From Patescibacteria group bacterium (GTDB lineage Bacteria > Patescibacteriota > Patescibacteriia > UBA2591 > UBA6264), in contig JAQTOB010000005.1 of assembly GCA_028713575.1 (NCBI GenBank), forward strand, positions 1 through 32,000: DNA of 32,000 nt, in the 5' to 3' direction. Below the pieces are notes generated by a model. It searched no databases. It saw nothing but the letters and a program-made list of their open reading frames with translations, and was not told the DNA's origin. The translations under genes were made by a program, and so were the position numbers. Each line of letters starts with the position of its first letter. Positions within the stretch are counted from its first letter, which is position 1. Positions 1-8,167 of this stretch are shown here, piece by piece.

Positions 1-84
1 TTAAAAGATTTCATCATCAGCCGAAAAGAAAACCGGGCCTGGGTTTTGGCCGGCAGTAAAATCTTTGAAATCCAGATACAATAG
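1..84 (+). CDS. 3' end of an unidentified CDS that begins upstream of the window (...LKDFIISRKENRAWVLAGSKIFEIQIQ*)
   Basis: Frame 1 is open from the window edge to TAG at 82-84. A hairpin plus T-run (116-141) follows about 30 nt later. The fragment is too short to identify. The competing reading (minus ORF 1-189) needs a TTG start inside the rplL terminator palindrome and runs through both hairpins. Confidence 0.25.
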   Translation, partial: LKDFIISRKENRAWVLAGSKIFEIQIQ

Positions 85-115
85 ACAAAAGATAAAGATA
101 AAATAACCGTAATTT

Positions 116-141
116 AAAAAGGACGCATTCGCGCCCTTTTT
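116..141. terminator. Bidirectional rho-independent terminator-like hairpin
   Basis: AAAAA-GGACGC-ATTC-GCGCCC-TTTTT. The GC-rich 6-bp stem has one A/C mismatch and is flanked by an A5 run and a T5 run, so a T-tract follows the stem on either strand. It lies between the + strand ORF fragment ending at 84 and the end of the rplL transcription unit. Confidence 0.55.
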
Positions 142-178
142 AAATAAATTTTTGTAATCATTATGGCAAGAAACCCCC

Positions 179-217
179 AAAAAAGTCAATATATACGCGT
201 CATGACGCGTATATATT
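179..217 (-). terminator. rplL terminator: perfect 30-bp palindrome followed by T6 on the minus strand
   Basis: Positions 188-217, AATATATACGCGTCATGACGCGTATATATT, are a perfect palindrome; all 15 pairs were checked by hand. It starts 24 nt after the rplL stop codon. On the minus strand it is followed by GAC then TTTTTT (plus-strand A-run 179-184). Confidence 0.6.
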
Positions 218-240
218 GCTTAAAAAGTATGAAAATTCCC

Positions 241-657
241 TTATTTCAGAGTTACTTTGGCGCCTGCTTCTTCCAAGGCCTTTTTCATCTTTTCCGCCTC
301 TTCCTTTTCCACATCTTCTTTAACCATTTTAGGAGCAGAATCAACTAAATCTTTCGTTTCTTTTAATCCCAACTGAATGAATTCCCTTAAGACCTTAATG
401 ACGCCTATTTTATTGTCCCCGGAAGCGGTCAATTCCACGTTAAAGGTATTTTTTTCTTCCGCGACAGGACCAGCCTCTGCGCCGGTTGCCGGCATCGCCG
501 CCATCATAGCCATTGGAGCTTGAGCGGAAACGCCAAATTTTTCTTCCAAAATTTTGACTAATTCTGCCAAATCCATAACGCTCATTTTTTCAATTTCTTT
601 AACCAAAGATTTAAATTTTTCCGGGACATTGATTTCCTTTATTTTTTCTTCTGTCAT
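241..657 (-). CDS. rplL: 50S ribosomal protein L7/L12
   Basis: 138 aa. It has an N-terminal dimerisation helix, an Ala/Met-rich hinge ([20 protein letters not shown]) and a C-terminal domain ([26 protein letters not shown]...[10 protein letters not shown]) typical of L7/L12. It lies directly downstream of rplJ. Confidence 0.97.
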   Translation of the reverse strand: MTEEKIKEINVPEKFKSLVKEIEKMSVMDLAELVKILEEKFGVSAQAPMAMMAAMPATGAEAGPVAEEKNTFNVELTASGDNKIGVIKVLREFIQLGLKETKDLVDSAPKMVKEDVEKEEAEKMKKALEEAGAKVTLK

Positions 658-661
658 AATA

Positions 662-1174
662 TTAATTTTTAATACTTGATAAAATATAAACTAAACTTTT
701 TAAATTAGCTTTTAGTGCGTAAACAAAACCATTAATTGGTCCTTTTATGGTTCCCAATAATTGTCCAATTAATTCTTGCTTGCCGGGCAATTTGGCCACA
801 GTTTCAACCATCATTGAGTCAATAAAATTTTTTTCCATTATCCCTCCTTTGATTTTAAGTTGTTCATGTTCTTTGGCGAATTTAACAACCAGTTTAGCTG
901 GTTCGACTTCAGAATCAAATCCGAACACCAAACCCGCTCCCCCTTCAATTTCATCTAAATTAATATTTAAACCCAATTTTTTTAAAACAATGTCCAAAAG
1001 CGTCTTTTTGGTCACTAAATATTGGCAGGATTTTTCTTTTAACAATTTTCTTAGTTGGTCAATTTCTTTCACTTTTAATCCGTAGTAATCTATAAAAACC
1101 AAGCTTTTCATCTTGGACAGCTCTTTCTCTATTTTTTTGATGATTTCCTCTTTTTGTTTTTTTGTTTTTGCCAT
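662..1174 (-). CDS. rplJ: 50S ribosomal protein L10
   Basis: 170 aa. The L10-like N-terminus reads [25 protein letters not shown]...YLVTKKTLL. There is a 4-nt gap to rplL. Confidence 0.95.
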   Translation of the reverse strand: MAKTKKQKEEIIKKIEKELSKMKSLVFIDYYGLKVKEIDQLRKLLKEKSCQYLVTKKTLLDIVLKKLGLNINLDEIEGGAGLVFGFDSEVEPAKLVVKFAKEHEQLKIKGGIMEKNFIDSMMVETVAKLPGKQELIGQLLGTIKGPINGFVYALKANLKSLVYILSSIKN

Positions 1175-1199
1175 ATGTCAATGTTGTTAAAATTTACGA

Positions 1200-1664
1200 G
1201 CTCAATGCGAAGTGAATTTTACCATAACATTGAGCGCCCTGTGCATAATCTGTGCGATGGAAGTTTAAACTATTTTTTAAATAAATCTAAATTATTCGGC
1301 ATAGATTATGTGCGGGGTTAAGTATTTGTAACTAAATTTTTTACTTCTTTAACGAGTTCATGATTAAAAATTTAGACAAATAACTTAAAATATAGTCTTG
1401 CCACAGACTATATTAATAACCAAAATTATTAATAATTTTGTCTCGGCAGGAAATTAAGTTCCGAAATTCTCAAAATTTTGGAGTTATCAAACGAACAAAA
1501 TTTTGTAAGAATTTCGTGAACCCCGCCTCCAATCTGTGGCTCGGATGGCTATATTAAACTCCAATTTAAGGTTGAAACTACAAAACATAGATTGGGGGCG
1601 GGGTACTCTATTTCATTACCTAGCTCGGTCGCTTCGCTCCCTGCGCTTCGGATGAAATAGGTAC
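1200..1664 (+). ncRNA. Candidate unclassified structured RNA: a chain of about seven hairpins, two of them paralogous
   Basis: There is no ORF of 60 aa or more on either strand. Consecutive hairpins are H1 1200-1235, H2 1237-1317, H3 1390-1413, H4 1421-1440, H5 1462-1516, H6 1521-1603 and H7 1603-1664. H2 and H6 are homologous, show compensatory double substitutions, and contain G.U pairs possible only on the + strand. The family is unknown, no promoter or terminator was identified, and the ends are approximate. Confidence 0.4.
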
Positions 1665-1734
1665 ACCTGCTGTCTGTGACAATTTAATTATACAAAAATT
1701 TAATTTTTTGGTCAATCAATTTATCCACAGTGCT

Positions 1735-2424
1735 TTAATTAATTAAGGTCCCTTTAAAATTTTTTTCTTTTAAGCAATTCTCAAAATTTTTAATATTTTT
1801 GCCGTTTAAAACAATGACTTCTAATTTTAAATTTCGAGCCAATTGACTGGCAATGGGGTCAAAAGGAAGGGATTTTCTTGGCGACCATTTTGTCCCCACA
1901 ATTTTTTGAAATTCAGACCAAGTAATTTTTTTAATCGGCTTAGCGTCTTGATTTTTTTTGGGGTCTTTATTATAAACATAATCAATATCGCTAAGATTAA
2001 TTACTTTCTTAACTTTTAAATTTTTTGCCCAAAGCACTGCGTCTTTATCAGAAGAAAAGCCAGGAACCCACCCCGAAGCAATGATTATTTTCTTTCTGGT
2101 TCTAATTTTTGTTCGGGGGTCAAAAATCACCTGAGAATAGGATTGGGAAGAAAAAATAACTCTTAATAATTCGGCATTAACTTTAGTGACGGCAATGCCC
2201 AGCCAATCCAAATCAATGTTTTTAATTTTAGTAATGGCCCGCGCTCCTTGATTATAAAGACGATTAGTACCTCCGCCGCCGGCGATAATTACAAAACGAT
2301 AATTCTGTTTTAAAAACTTCAAAATTAAAGCTCTAAATTTTTTTAAAAAATCAATTGCCACCACTCCGCCGGGAACAATTAATGAACCACCCAAAGAAAG
2401 AATAATTGTTTTTTGTTTAACCAT
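1735..2424 (-). CDS. pyrH: UMP kinase, archaeal-type (amino-acid kinase fold)
   Basis: 229 aa. The motifs LSLGGSLIVP, a GGGG nucleotide-binding motif (IIAGGGGTNR) and GWVPGFSSDKDAVLWA, together with the length, resemble archaeal-type uridylate kinases as I recall them (e.g. the Pyrococcus enzyme). Confidence 0.72.
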   Translation of the reverse strand: MVKQKTIILSLGGSLIVPGGVVAIDFLKKFRALILKFLKQNYRFVIIAGGGGTNRLYNQGARAITKIKNIDLDWLGIAVTKVNAELLRVIFSSQSYSQVIFDPRTKIRTRKKIIIASGWVPGFSSDKDAVLWAKNLKVKKVINLSDIDYVYNKDPKKNQDAKPIKKITWSEFQKIVGTKWSPRKSLPFDPIASQLARNLKLEVIVLNGKNIKNFENCLKEKNFKGTLIN

Positions 2425-2432
2425 AAAATTAA

Positions 2433-4163
2433 TTACATTTTTTTTAGGACTTCTATTCCCATTAAATTTAATCCTTTTTTAATCACCTCGGCTACATTTT
2501 GAATCAAAACTAAACGAGCATTTTTTAATTTTTTATTAACTTTTAAAACTTGATGTTGATGATAAAATTCATTAAATTTCTGTCCCAATTTTAAAAGATA
2601 TTGAGCTAAATGTGAAGGGTTATAATCATCTGTTGATTTTTTAATTATTTCCGGAAAAATAAACAAAAGTTTTAAAATTTCAATTTCTTCTTGATTTCCC
2701 AGAACCGCATAATCTATTTTTGTCATTTCTTTTTGTTCTGCTTTTTCTAAAATACTCTGGATTCGAGCATAAGTATATTGCAAATAAGGACCACTATCTC
2801 CTTCAAATGAAATAGAAGCTTGGGGGTTAAAACGTATCTCTTGTTCTGGAGTAAACTTCAATAAAAAGAATTTTAAAGCTCCCAGAGCAATAATTTCCGC
2901 TCTTTGAGAAACTTCAATCGGACTAAGATTTGCATTGCGGCTTAAAATTTCTCTTTTTGCCAATTGTTCCATTTGAGCAATTATTTCATCAGCATCAACA
3001 ATCTCTCCCTCTCTGGATTTCATTTTTCCGTAAGGCAGAAAAACCATCCCATAAGAAAGATGATAACAATCCTTAACCCATTTAAAACCAAAAATTTCTA
3101 AAATTTTAAAAAGAGTTTTAAAATAATAATCTTGTTCTGAGGCCACGACATAAATTGATTTATGCGGAGAAAACTGACCATGTTTTAAATAAGCTAAGCC
3201 GATGTCCTGCGTGATATAAACGCTGGTGCCATTGGGTCTTAAAAGAACTTTTTTATCTAAATTATAATTTTTTAAATCAATTTCTATGGCACCGTCTTCC
3301 CGTTTGTAACAAAGATTTTTCTTTAAAGCTTTCATTATTATTTTTTTTCCTGAATCATAAATATCGCTTTCAAAATACCAATGGTCAAAATCAACCCCTA
3401 TTTTTTTATAAGTTTCTTTGATTCCCTTAATCCCCCATTCGTTTATTTTTTGCCATAAAGCAACGACTTCTGAATTGCCTTCTTCCCATTGTATTAACAT
3501 ATTTTGCGCCTCCTGAATCAATCCCGGGTCTTTTTTTTCCTTTTCACTAAATAAAACGTAATATCTGCCGACAAAATGATCGCTTTTCATTTTTTCAGAT
3601 TCAGGGGTTTTCCCTTCTCCCCACTTTTGGTAAGCCAACATTGATTTACAAATATGAATGCCCCTATCGTTGACCAAATTCACTTTAGTGACTTTTGCGC
3701 CGTTAAAAGAAAAAAGATTGGCAATTGTCCAACTTAAAAAATTATTCCGCAAATGGCCAAGATGTTGAGGTTTATTAGTGTTAGGACTGGAATATTCAAT
3801 TAAAATATTTTTCTTTATAAATGACCGGCCGCTACCAAATTCGTCTTTTCTATTCAGAATTTCCTGACAAACAACCTTAAACCATGTTCTTTTTTCTAAA
3901 AAAATATTAAGATACGGACCAACGGCCTCAATTCGGTCAATAAAGTCGGGTAAAGGAATTTTTTTGCCGAATTTTTCTGACAAATTTTTAGCGATTTTTT
4001 CCGGCTGTTTTTTTAAAACTTTAGCAAGACTAAAACATTCCAAGGTTAAATCGCCCATATCCGGCTTAGGCGGCGGTTCAATTTTAAATTCAAAATTTGA
4101 TATTTTAGGCAAAACTTTCTCAAATAAATCAATAATCTCCTTTTTTATATTTTCCATTTTCAT
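2433..4163 (-). CDS. argS: Arginine--tRNA ligase
   Basis: 576 aa. It carries the class I HIGH motif (PQHLGHLRNN) and a KMSKS-like KMKSREG. The N-terminal Arg-tRNA-synthetase domain and the C-terminal DALR-type anticodon-binding region are colinear with ArgRS. Confidence 0.95.
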   Translation of the reverse strand: MKMENIKKEIIDLFEKVLPKISNFEFKIEPPPKPDMGDLTLECFSLAKVLKKQPEKIAKNLSEKFGKKIPLPDFIDRIEAVGPYLNIFLEKRTWFKVVCQEILNRKDEFGSGRSFIKKNILIEYSSPNTNKPQHLGHLRNNFLSWTIANLFSFNGAKVTKVNLVNDRGIHICKSMLAYQKWGEGKTPESEKMKSDHFVGRYYVLFSEKEKKDPGLIQEAQNMLIQWEEGNSEVVALWQKINEWGIKGIKETYKKIGVDFDHWYFESDIYDSGKKIIMKALKKNLCYKREDGAIEIDLKNYNLDKKVLLRPNGTSVYITQDIGLAYLKHGQFSPHKSIYVVASEQDYYFKTLFKILEIFGFKWVKDCYHLSYGMVFLPYGKMKSREGEIVDADEIIAQMEQLAKREILSRNANLSPIEVSQRAEIIALGALKFFLLKFTPEQEIRFNPQASISFEGDSGPYLQYTYARIQSILEKAEQKEMTKIDYAVLGNQEEIEILKLLFIFPEIIKKSTDDYNPSHLAQYLLKLGQKFNEFYHQHQVLKVNKKLKNARLVLIQNVAEVIKKGLNLMGIEVLKKM

Positions 4164-4186
4164 TCCATTAAAGATTAAAATAAATT

Positions 4187-5191
4187 TTAGTTTTTCCGGC
4201 CAATATATTTTGCCATTTCTACATAACGACAGGCATAACCGTATTCGTTGTCATACCAAGCAATAATTTTTGCCAAATGATTGCTAGCCTTAGTTAAAGA
4301 TAAGTCAACAACGGCAGAATAAGGATTGGCAATAAAATCAGAAGAAACCAAGGGCTCTTCCGTAATATCAAGAATGCCTTTCAATTCTTGCATTGCCGCT
4401 TCTTTAAATTTATCATTTATTTCTTTTGCCGTTATCGCTTTTTCTAAAAAACACACGAGGTCAACCAAAGAAACAATGGGCGTTGGAACGCGAACAGCCA
4501 AGCCTGTCAGTTTTCCGGCTAAAGATGGCATAACGTCAATTACTGATTTAGTGGCTCCCGTCGTAGTGGGAATAATATTTTCCCCCGCAGTTCTCGCCCG
4601 ACGTAAATCTTTATGAGGAGAATCAACTAAATTTTGATCATTAGTATAAGAATGAATAGTTGTCATCATTCCCTGCTTAATGCCAAAATTATCGTTTAAA
4701 ATTTTAACAATCGGCGCCAAACAATTCGTTGTGCAAGATCCATTGGAAATAATCAAATCTTTTTTAAAATCAATTTTTTTATGATTAACGCCAAAAATAA
4801 AAGTGGGAATTTCTTTGTCTTTGGGTGGCGCGGAAATTACCACTTTTCTGGCACCGGCTTGTAAATGTTTTTTTGCTTTTTGTTTTTCCAAAAAATGACC
4901 ACTAGACTCTAAAACTACATCAACGTCTAATTCTTCCCAAGGAAGATTGCCGGGGTCTGTTTCTTTAAAAACAGGAATTTTTTTATGACCAATTAATAAA
5001 ACATTTTCTTCTGCTTTTATTAAATGATTATATTGACCGTAAACCGAATCATATTTTAAAAGATGAACTAAAGATTCCGGTTCCGCCAAATCATTAATGG
5101 CTACTATTTCCAAATCCGAATCTTCAAATCCCGCCCGAAAACTTGCTCGACCAATCCTCCCAAACCCGTTAATGGCTATTTTAATAGGCAT
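4187..5191 (-). CDS. gap: Type I glyceraldehyde-3-phosphate dehydrogenase
   Basis: 334 aa. It has the NAD-binding motif INGFGRIGR, the catalytic motif SNGSCTTNCLAP, and WYDNEYGY near the C-terminus. Confidence 0.96.
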   Translation of the reverse strand: MPIKIAINGFGRIGRASFRAGFEDSDLEIVAINDLAEPESLVHLLKYDSVYGQYNHLIKAEENVLLIGHKKIPVFKETDPGNLPWEELDVDVVLESSGHFLEKQKAKKHLQAGARKVVISAPPKDKEIPTFIFGVNHKKIDFKKDLIISNGSCTTNCLAPIVKILNDNFGIKQGMMTTIHSYTNDQNLVDSPHKDLRRARTAGENIIPTTTGATKSVIDVMPSLAGKLTGLAVRVPTPIVSLVDLVCFLEKAITAKEINDKFKEAAMQELKGILDITEEPLVSSDFIANPYSAVVDLSLTKASNHLAKIIAWYDNEYGYACRYVEMAKYIGRKN

Positions 5192-5272
5192 AAATTTATA
5201 AAATTAAAAATAAAATATAAAGGCCCGTCTCGTCCTCCCAAACCCGTTAATGGCTATTTTAATAGGCATAAA
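5155..5272. repeat. Perfect 40-bp direct repeat (5155-5194 and 5233-5272) duplicating the gap start codon and first 12 codons
   Basis: TCCTCCCAAACCCGTTAATGGCTATTTTAATAGGCATAAA occurs twice, 78 bp apart. On the minus strand the upstream copy opens a 21-codon ORF, MPIKIAINGFGRTRRAFIFYF*. This ORF is in the same frame as gap but is closed by TAA. Confidence 0.9.
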
Positions 5273-5299
5273 AGCGGGTCCATCTTTAACGGAAATGCT

Positions 5300-5845
5300 T
5301 TAATGACTTAATGCTTCGGCAATTATTTGACCAAATTCTGTGGCTGCCTCCGGTCCATTGGCCGTAATTATATTTTCGTCAACCACCACTTTTTGATGTA
5401 AATATTCGGCTCTGCTCTTTTTTAAAAATTCAGCGGCTGACTGATCTCTGGGGCTAGTCCAGACAGTTGCTTTTCTTCCTTTTAAAATTCCGGCTTGAGC
5501 AAGAATCACGGGCGCAATACAAATCGCCCCGATAATTTTTCCTTGAGCCAAAATTTGTTTAATTAATTGATGTATTTCTGAATTATTAACATATTCCAAG
5601 GCCCCGGGGCCACCAATAAAAATCAAGGCGTCAAAATTTTCTTCTTTTATCTCTTTAATTGTCTTGTCTATTGTGATTTTTCCGCCCAAATTGCCAAAGG
5701 CCTCACCTTTACTTGAACTGACAACAATTATTTCTATCCCCGCCCGAATTAAATGTTTTTTGGTTTCTAAATATTCAAAATCTTGAAATTTTTGACGGGC
5801 AACGACTAAAACCGCCTTTTTTGCCGATACATTTTCTTTAATCAT
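5300..5845 (-). CDS. DJ-1/PfpI family protein (class I glutamine amidotransferase-like)
   Basis: 181 aa. It shows the typical DJ-1/PfpI layout: LIFIGGPGA, a nucleophile-elbow Cys in GAICIAPVILAQAG, and ITANGPEAATEFG near the C-terminus. Confidence 0.85.
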   Translation of the reverse strand: MIKENVSAKKAVLVVARQKFQDFEYLETKKHLIRAGIEIIVVSSSKGEAFGNLGGKITIDKTIKEIKEENFDALIFIGGPGALEYVNNSEIHQLIKQILAQGKIIGAICIAPVILAQAGILKGRKATVWTSPRDQSAAEFLKKSRAEYLHQKVVVDENIITANGPEAATEFGQIIAEALSH

Positions 5846-5912
5846 ATTTTTTAAGCAACCTAAAAAATCATAATTATTGAAACCGATAATATTAATATCT
5901 TCTCCATATTAA

Positions 5913-6740
5913 TCATTCAATTTCATTTAGGGAAACTTCTGTCTTAATTTTCTCCTTTCCGTCATCTATTTCAACAATTACCGCCTGCCTTAAGATGTGC
6001 CAATCAACCACTCGTCCTTTACCCTTTTTTGTTTTTACGATTTCTCCCAACGGGGGCATTTTTTCTTTTAATTTTTTATACATTTCATTTTCAAACGATA
6101 AACAACACTTAAGCCGACCGCAAACACCGGACAATCGTTCTGACCCTCTTTGTGAAAGCTGTTGTTCAAGCATCATTTCGGTCGTCACATGCCCTAAATT
6201 TTTTAAAAAAGATAAACAGCAAAGCGTTCGCCCGCAAGGTCCGGTATCTCCTATTAATCCTGTTTCTTGCCGCGCTCCTACTTGATGCATACGAACGGAT
6301 TTATGAAATTCCTGAACGAGTTCTTTGACTAAATCGCGAAAATCTATTCTTGTTGGAGCAGTAAAGGCAAAAATTATCTTACTGCCATCAAAACTAAAAA
6401 GAGCATCAATAATTTTCATTGATAAGTTCTTTTTTTTAATAAATGTTTCACATTTCTTAATGGTTTCTTTTTTATATTTATTTTTTTCTTTTAATTTTAA
6501 AAGGTCATCCGACCCACATTTCCTTAAAATAAAATTATTGTCTTTATCCTGCGATTCTAGTTCCCCTTCTGGTTCTTCTTCTATTTTAACTATTTTCCCC
6601 AAATCTGTTCCTAAATCTGTTTTAATAATCACATGTTCTCCTATCTGAAAAGCATCTTTTTTAATTATTTCTCCTCCTCTTAATTGAGTGATGCGACGAA
6701 GATGGTCCCAAGGGGCCAATTGAACAAAAATAACCAGCAT
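5913..6740 (-). CDS. ricT: PSP1 domain protein (YaaT/RicT-like)
   Basis: 275 aa. It contains paired Cys motifs, GPCGRTLCCLSFL and GVCGRLKCCLSFE, which are characteristic of PSP1/YaaT proteins. It ends with TGA. Confidence 0.82.
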   Translation of the reverse strand: MLVIFVQLAPWDHLRRITQLRGGEIIKKDAFQIGEHVIIKTDLGTDLGKIVKIEEEPEGELESQDKDNNFILRKCGSDDLLKLKEKNKYKKETIKKCETFIKKKNLSMKIIDALFSFDGSKIIFAFTAPTRIDFRDLVKELVQEFHKSVRMHQVGARQETGLIGDTGPCGRTLCCLSFLKNLGHVTTEMMLEQQLSQRGSERLSGVCGRLKCCLSFENEMYKKLKEKMPPLGEIVKTKKGKGRVVDWHILRQAVIVEIDDGKEKIKTEVSLNEIE

Positions 6741-6751
6741 AAATCAATGAT

Positions 6752-7333
6752 TTAAATTTCAAATCTAATAAATCTTTTTATTTGAATATTTTCTCCCAGT
6801 TTAACGATTTTTTTCTGGATTAAATCTTTAATCATTAATTTATCATCTTTAATAAACATTTGTTCTTCTAAACAAAATTGGGAATAAAATTTTTGCAATT
6901 TACCTTCTGTTATTTTTTCAATTGTTTGAGTCGGCTTATCTTTTGGCAGTCCTTCTTTAATAATTTCTTTTTCTTTTTTTAATGTCTCTGAAGGAACGTC
7001 AATCGGCTTAATCCATTGGGGATTGGCCGCGGCCACTTGCATGGCCAAATCATGGGCCAATTCTTTAAATTCTTTATTGCGGGCAACAAAATCTGTTTCA
7101 CAAAGCAATTCAATTAAAACGCCTATTTTATTATTGGCATGAACATATGAACCAATCACCCCTTCTTTTGCTTCCCTGTCTAATTTTTTATCAACTATTT
7201 TTTGTCCCTTTTTTCTTAAAATTTCTTCTGCCTTGATTAAATCATTATTTGCTTCCTGAAGGGCTTTTTGACAATCAAGAATGCCGGCGCCGGTTATTTG
7301 CCTCAAGTCTTTAATAATTTTTAAACTTTTCAT
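6752..7333 (-). CDS. tsf: Translation elongation factor Ts (short form)
   Basis: 193 aa. The N-terminal UBA-like motif is LRQITGAGILDCQKALQEANNDLIKAEEILRKKG. It lies directly downstream of rpsB, the conserved rpsB-tsf pairing. Confidence 0.93.
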   Translation of the reverse strand: MKSLKIIKDLRQITGAGILDCQKALQEANNDLIKAEEILRKKGQKIVDKKLDREAKEGVIGSYVHANNKIGVLIELLCETDFVARNKEFKELAHDLAMQVAAANPQWIKPIDVPSETLKKEKEIIKEGLPKDKPTQTIEKITEGKLQKFYSQFCLEEQMFIKDDKLMIKDLIQKKIVKLGENIQIKRFIRFEI

Positions 7334-7359
7334 AATTTTTTATTATTTTTTTCATTCCG

Positions 7360-8100
7360 TCAATTAACAGATGGCGGATTAATTTTTTCCTGATTAGTTC
7401 GTCCCATTTTAATCGCTTCAGTAACCAAACCAGTAATTAAATCTATTGATTTAATCGCATCATCATTGGCTGGAATCGGCCAATCAATCAATTCTGGATT
7501 AGCATTGGTATCAACAATGGCCACTACCGGAATTTTACATTTTCGCGCTTCACGAATCGCCGTTTTTTCTTCCTGTAAATCAATTAAATAAATAATGTCC
7601 GGCCTTTTTTTTAATAATCTTATACCGCCTACCATAATTTCTAATCTTTTTATTTCTTTTTCTTTTACTAATCTCTCTTTTTTGGAATATTTCCCCCATT
7701 CCCCTTTTTCTCTTTCTTCGGTCATTTTATTCAATTTTTCTATCAATTTTAAAATAGTGGAAAAATTGGTTAAAGTCCCGCCCAGCCAACGTTCAATTAC
7801 ATAAGAAATATTTATCTCTTGAGCATATTTCTTAATTATGTCCTTAGCAGAAGGCTTGGTCCCAATATATAAAATAACCTTACCTTGTTTTGACATTTCT
7901 GTTAAAAATTTTAAAGCAACGGAAAGTTTTTCTACCGTTTTATCTAAATCAATAATGTGAATCGTGTTCTTTACGCCATAAATATATGGTTTCATCTTTG
8001 GTGATCTTTTTGTGGTACGATGACCAAGGTGCGCCCCTGCTTGCGCCAATTCAAGGGTGGAGGGAATTTTTATTTTATTTGTTTTTTCTTGTTTATCCAT
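7360..8100 (-). CDS. rpsB: 30S ribosomal protein S2
   Basis: 246 aa. S2 signatures are present: LLEAGAHLGH-like LAQAGAHLGHRT, IHIIDL, WLGGTLTN and VVAIVDTNANP. It ends with TGA. Confidence 0.96.
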   Translation of the reverse strand: MDKQEKTNKIKIPSTLELAQAGAHLGHRTTKRSPKMKPYIYGVKNTIHIIDLDKTVEKLSVALKFLTEMSKQGKVILYIGTKPSAKDIIKKYAQEINISYVIERWLGGTLTNFSTILKLIEKLNKMTEEREKGEWGKYSKKERLVKEKEIKRLEIMVGGIRLLKKRPDIIYLIDLQEEKTAIREARKCKIPVVAIVDTNANPELIDWPIPANDDAIKSIDLITGLVTEAIKMGRTNQEKINPPSVN

Positions 8101-8167
8101 AAGTATTAATTTTTATTTTTAGATAGAAAAAATTATAACATAATTCTAAAAAAAAGCAATTCTTATC

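Noticed and set aside
1-189. 62-aa minus-strand ORF running off the left edge, downstream of rplL, where rpoB might be expected.
   Set aside because: It would start at a TTG inside the perfect rplL terminator palindrome and read through both terminator hairpins. It has no internal Met and looks nothing like an RpoB N-terminus. A short + strand gene end (1-84) explains the region better, though that too is weakly supported.
1175-1330. L10 (rplJ) autoregulatory leader on the minus strand as the explanation for the structured region.
   Set aside because: This is not fully excluded for H1 (1200-1235), which is a perfect stem on either strand. However, the two long hairpins H2 and H6 contain 4 and 2 G-T pairs that become A.C mismatches on the minus strand. 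The structured region also extends about 500 nt, far beyond known L10 leaders. The question is kept open inside the main finding rather than called.
1721-1729. Perfect DnaA box TTATCCACA at 1721-1729, with TGTGCATAA at 1240-1248 and another TTATCCACA at 20717-20725, raising the idea that 1175-1734 is oriC.
   Set aside because: Only two consensus boxes occur in the 560-bp region. All other TTAT/TGTG 9-mers there have 2 or more mismatches, roughly what chance allows in this composition. There is no dnaA or dnaN nearby, and genes on both sides run in the same direction, so there is no leading-strand switch.
5913-8100. Possibility of an alternative genetic code (UGA recoded, as in some CPR lineages).
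   Set aside because: ricT (5913), rpsB (7360) and the 17330 ORF all end with TGA at lengths normal for their families. No gene shows an in-frame TGA. The standard code 11 fits everything.
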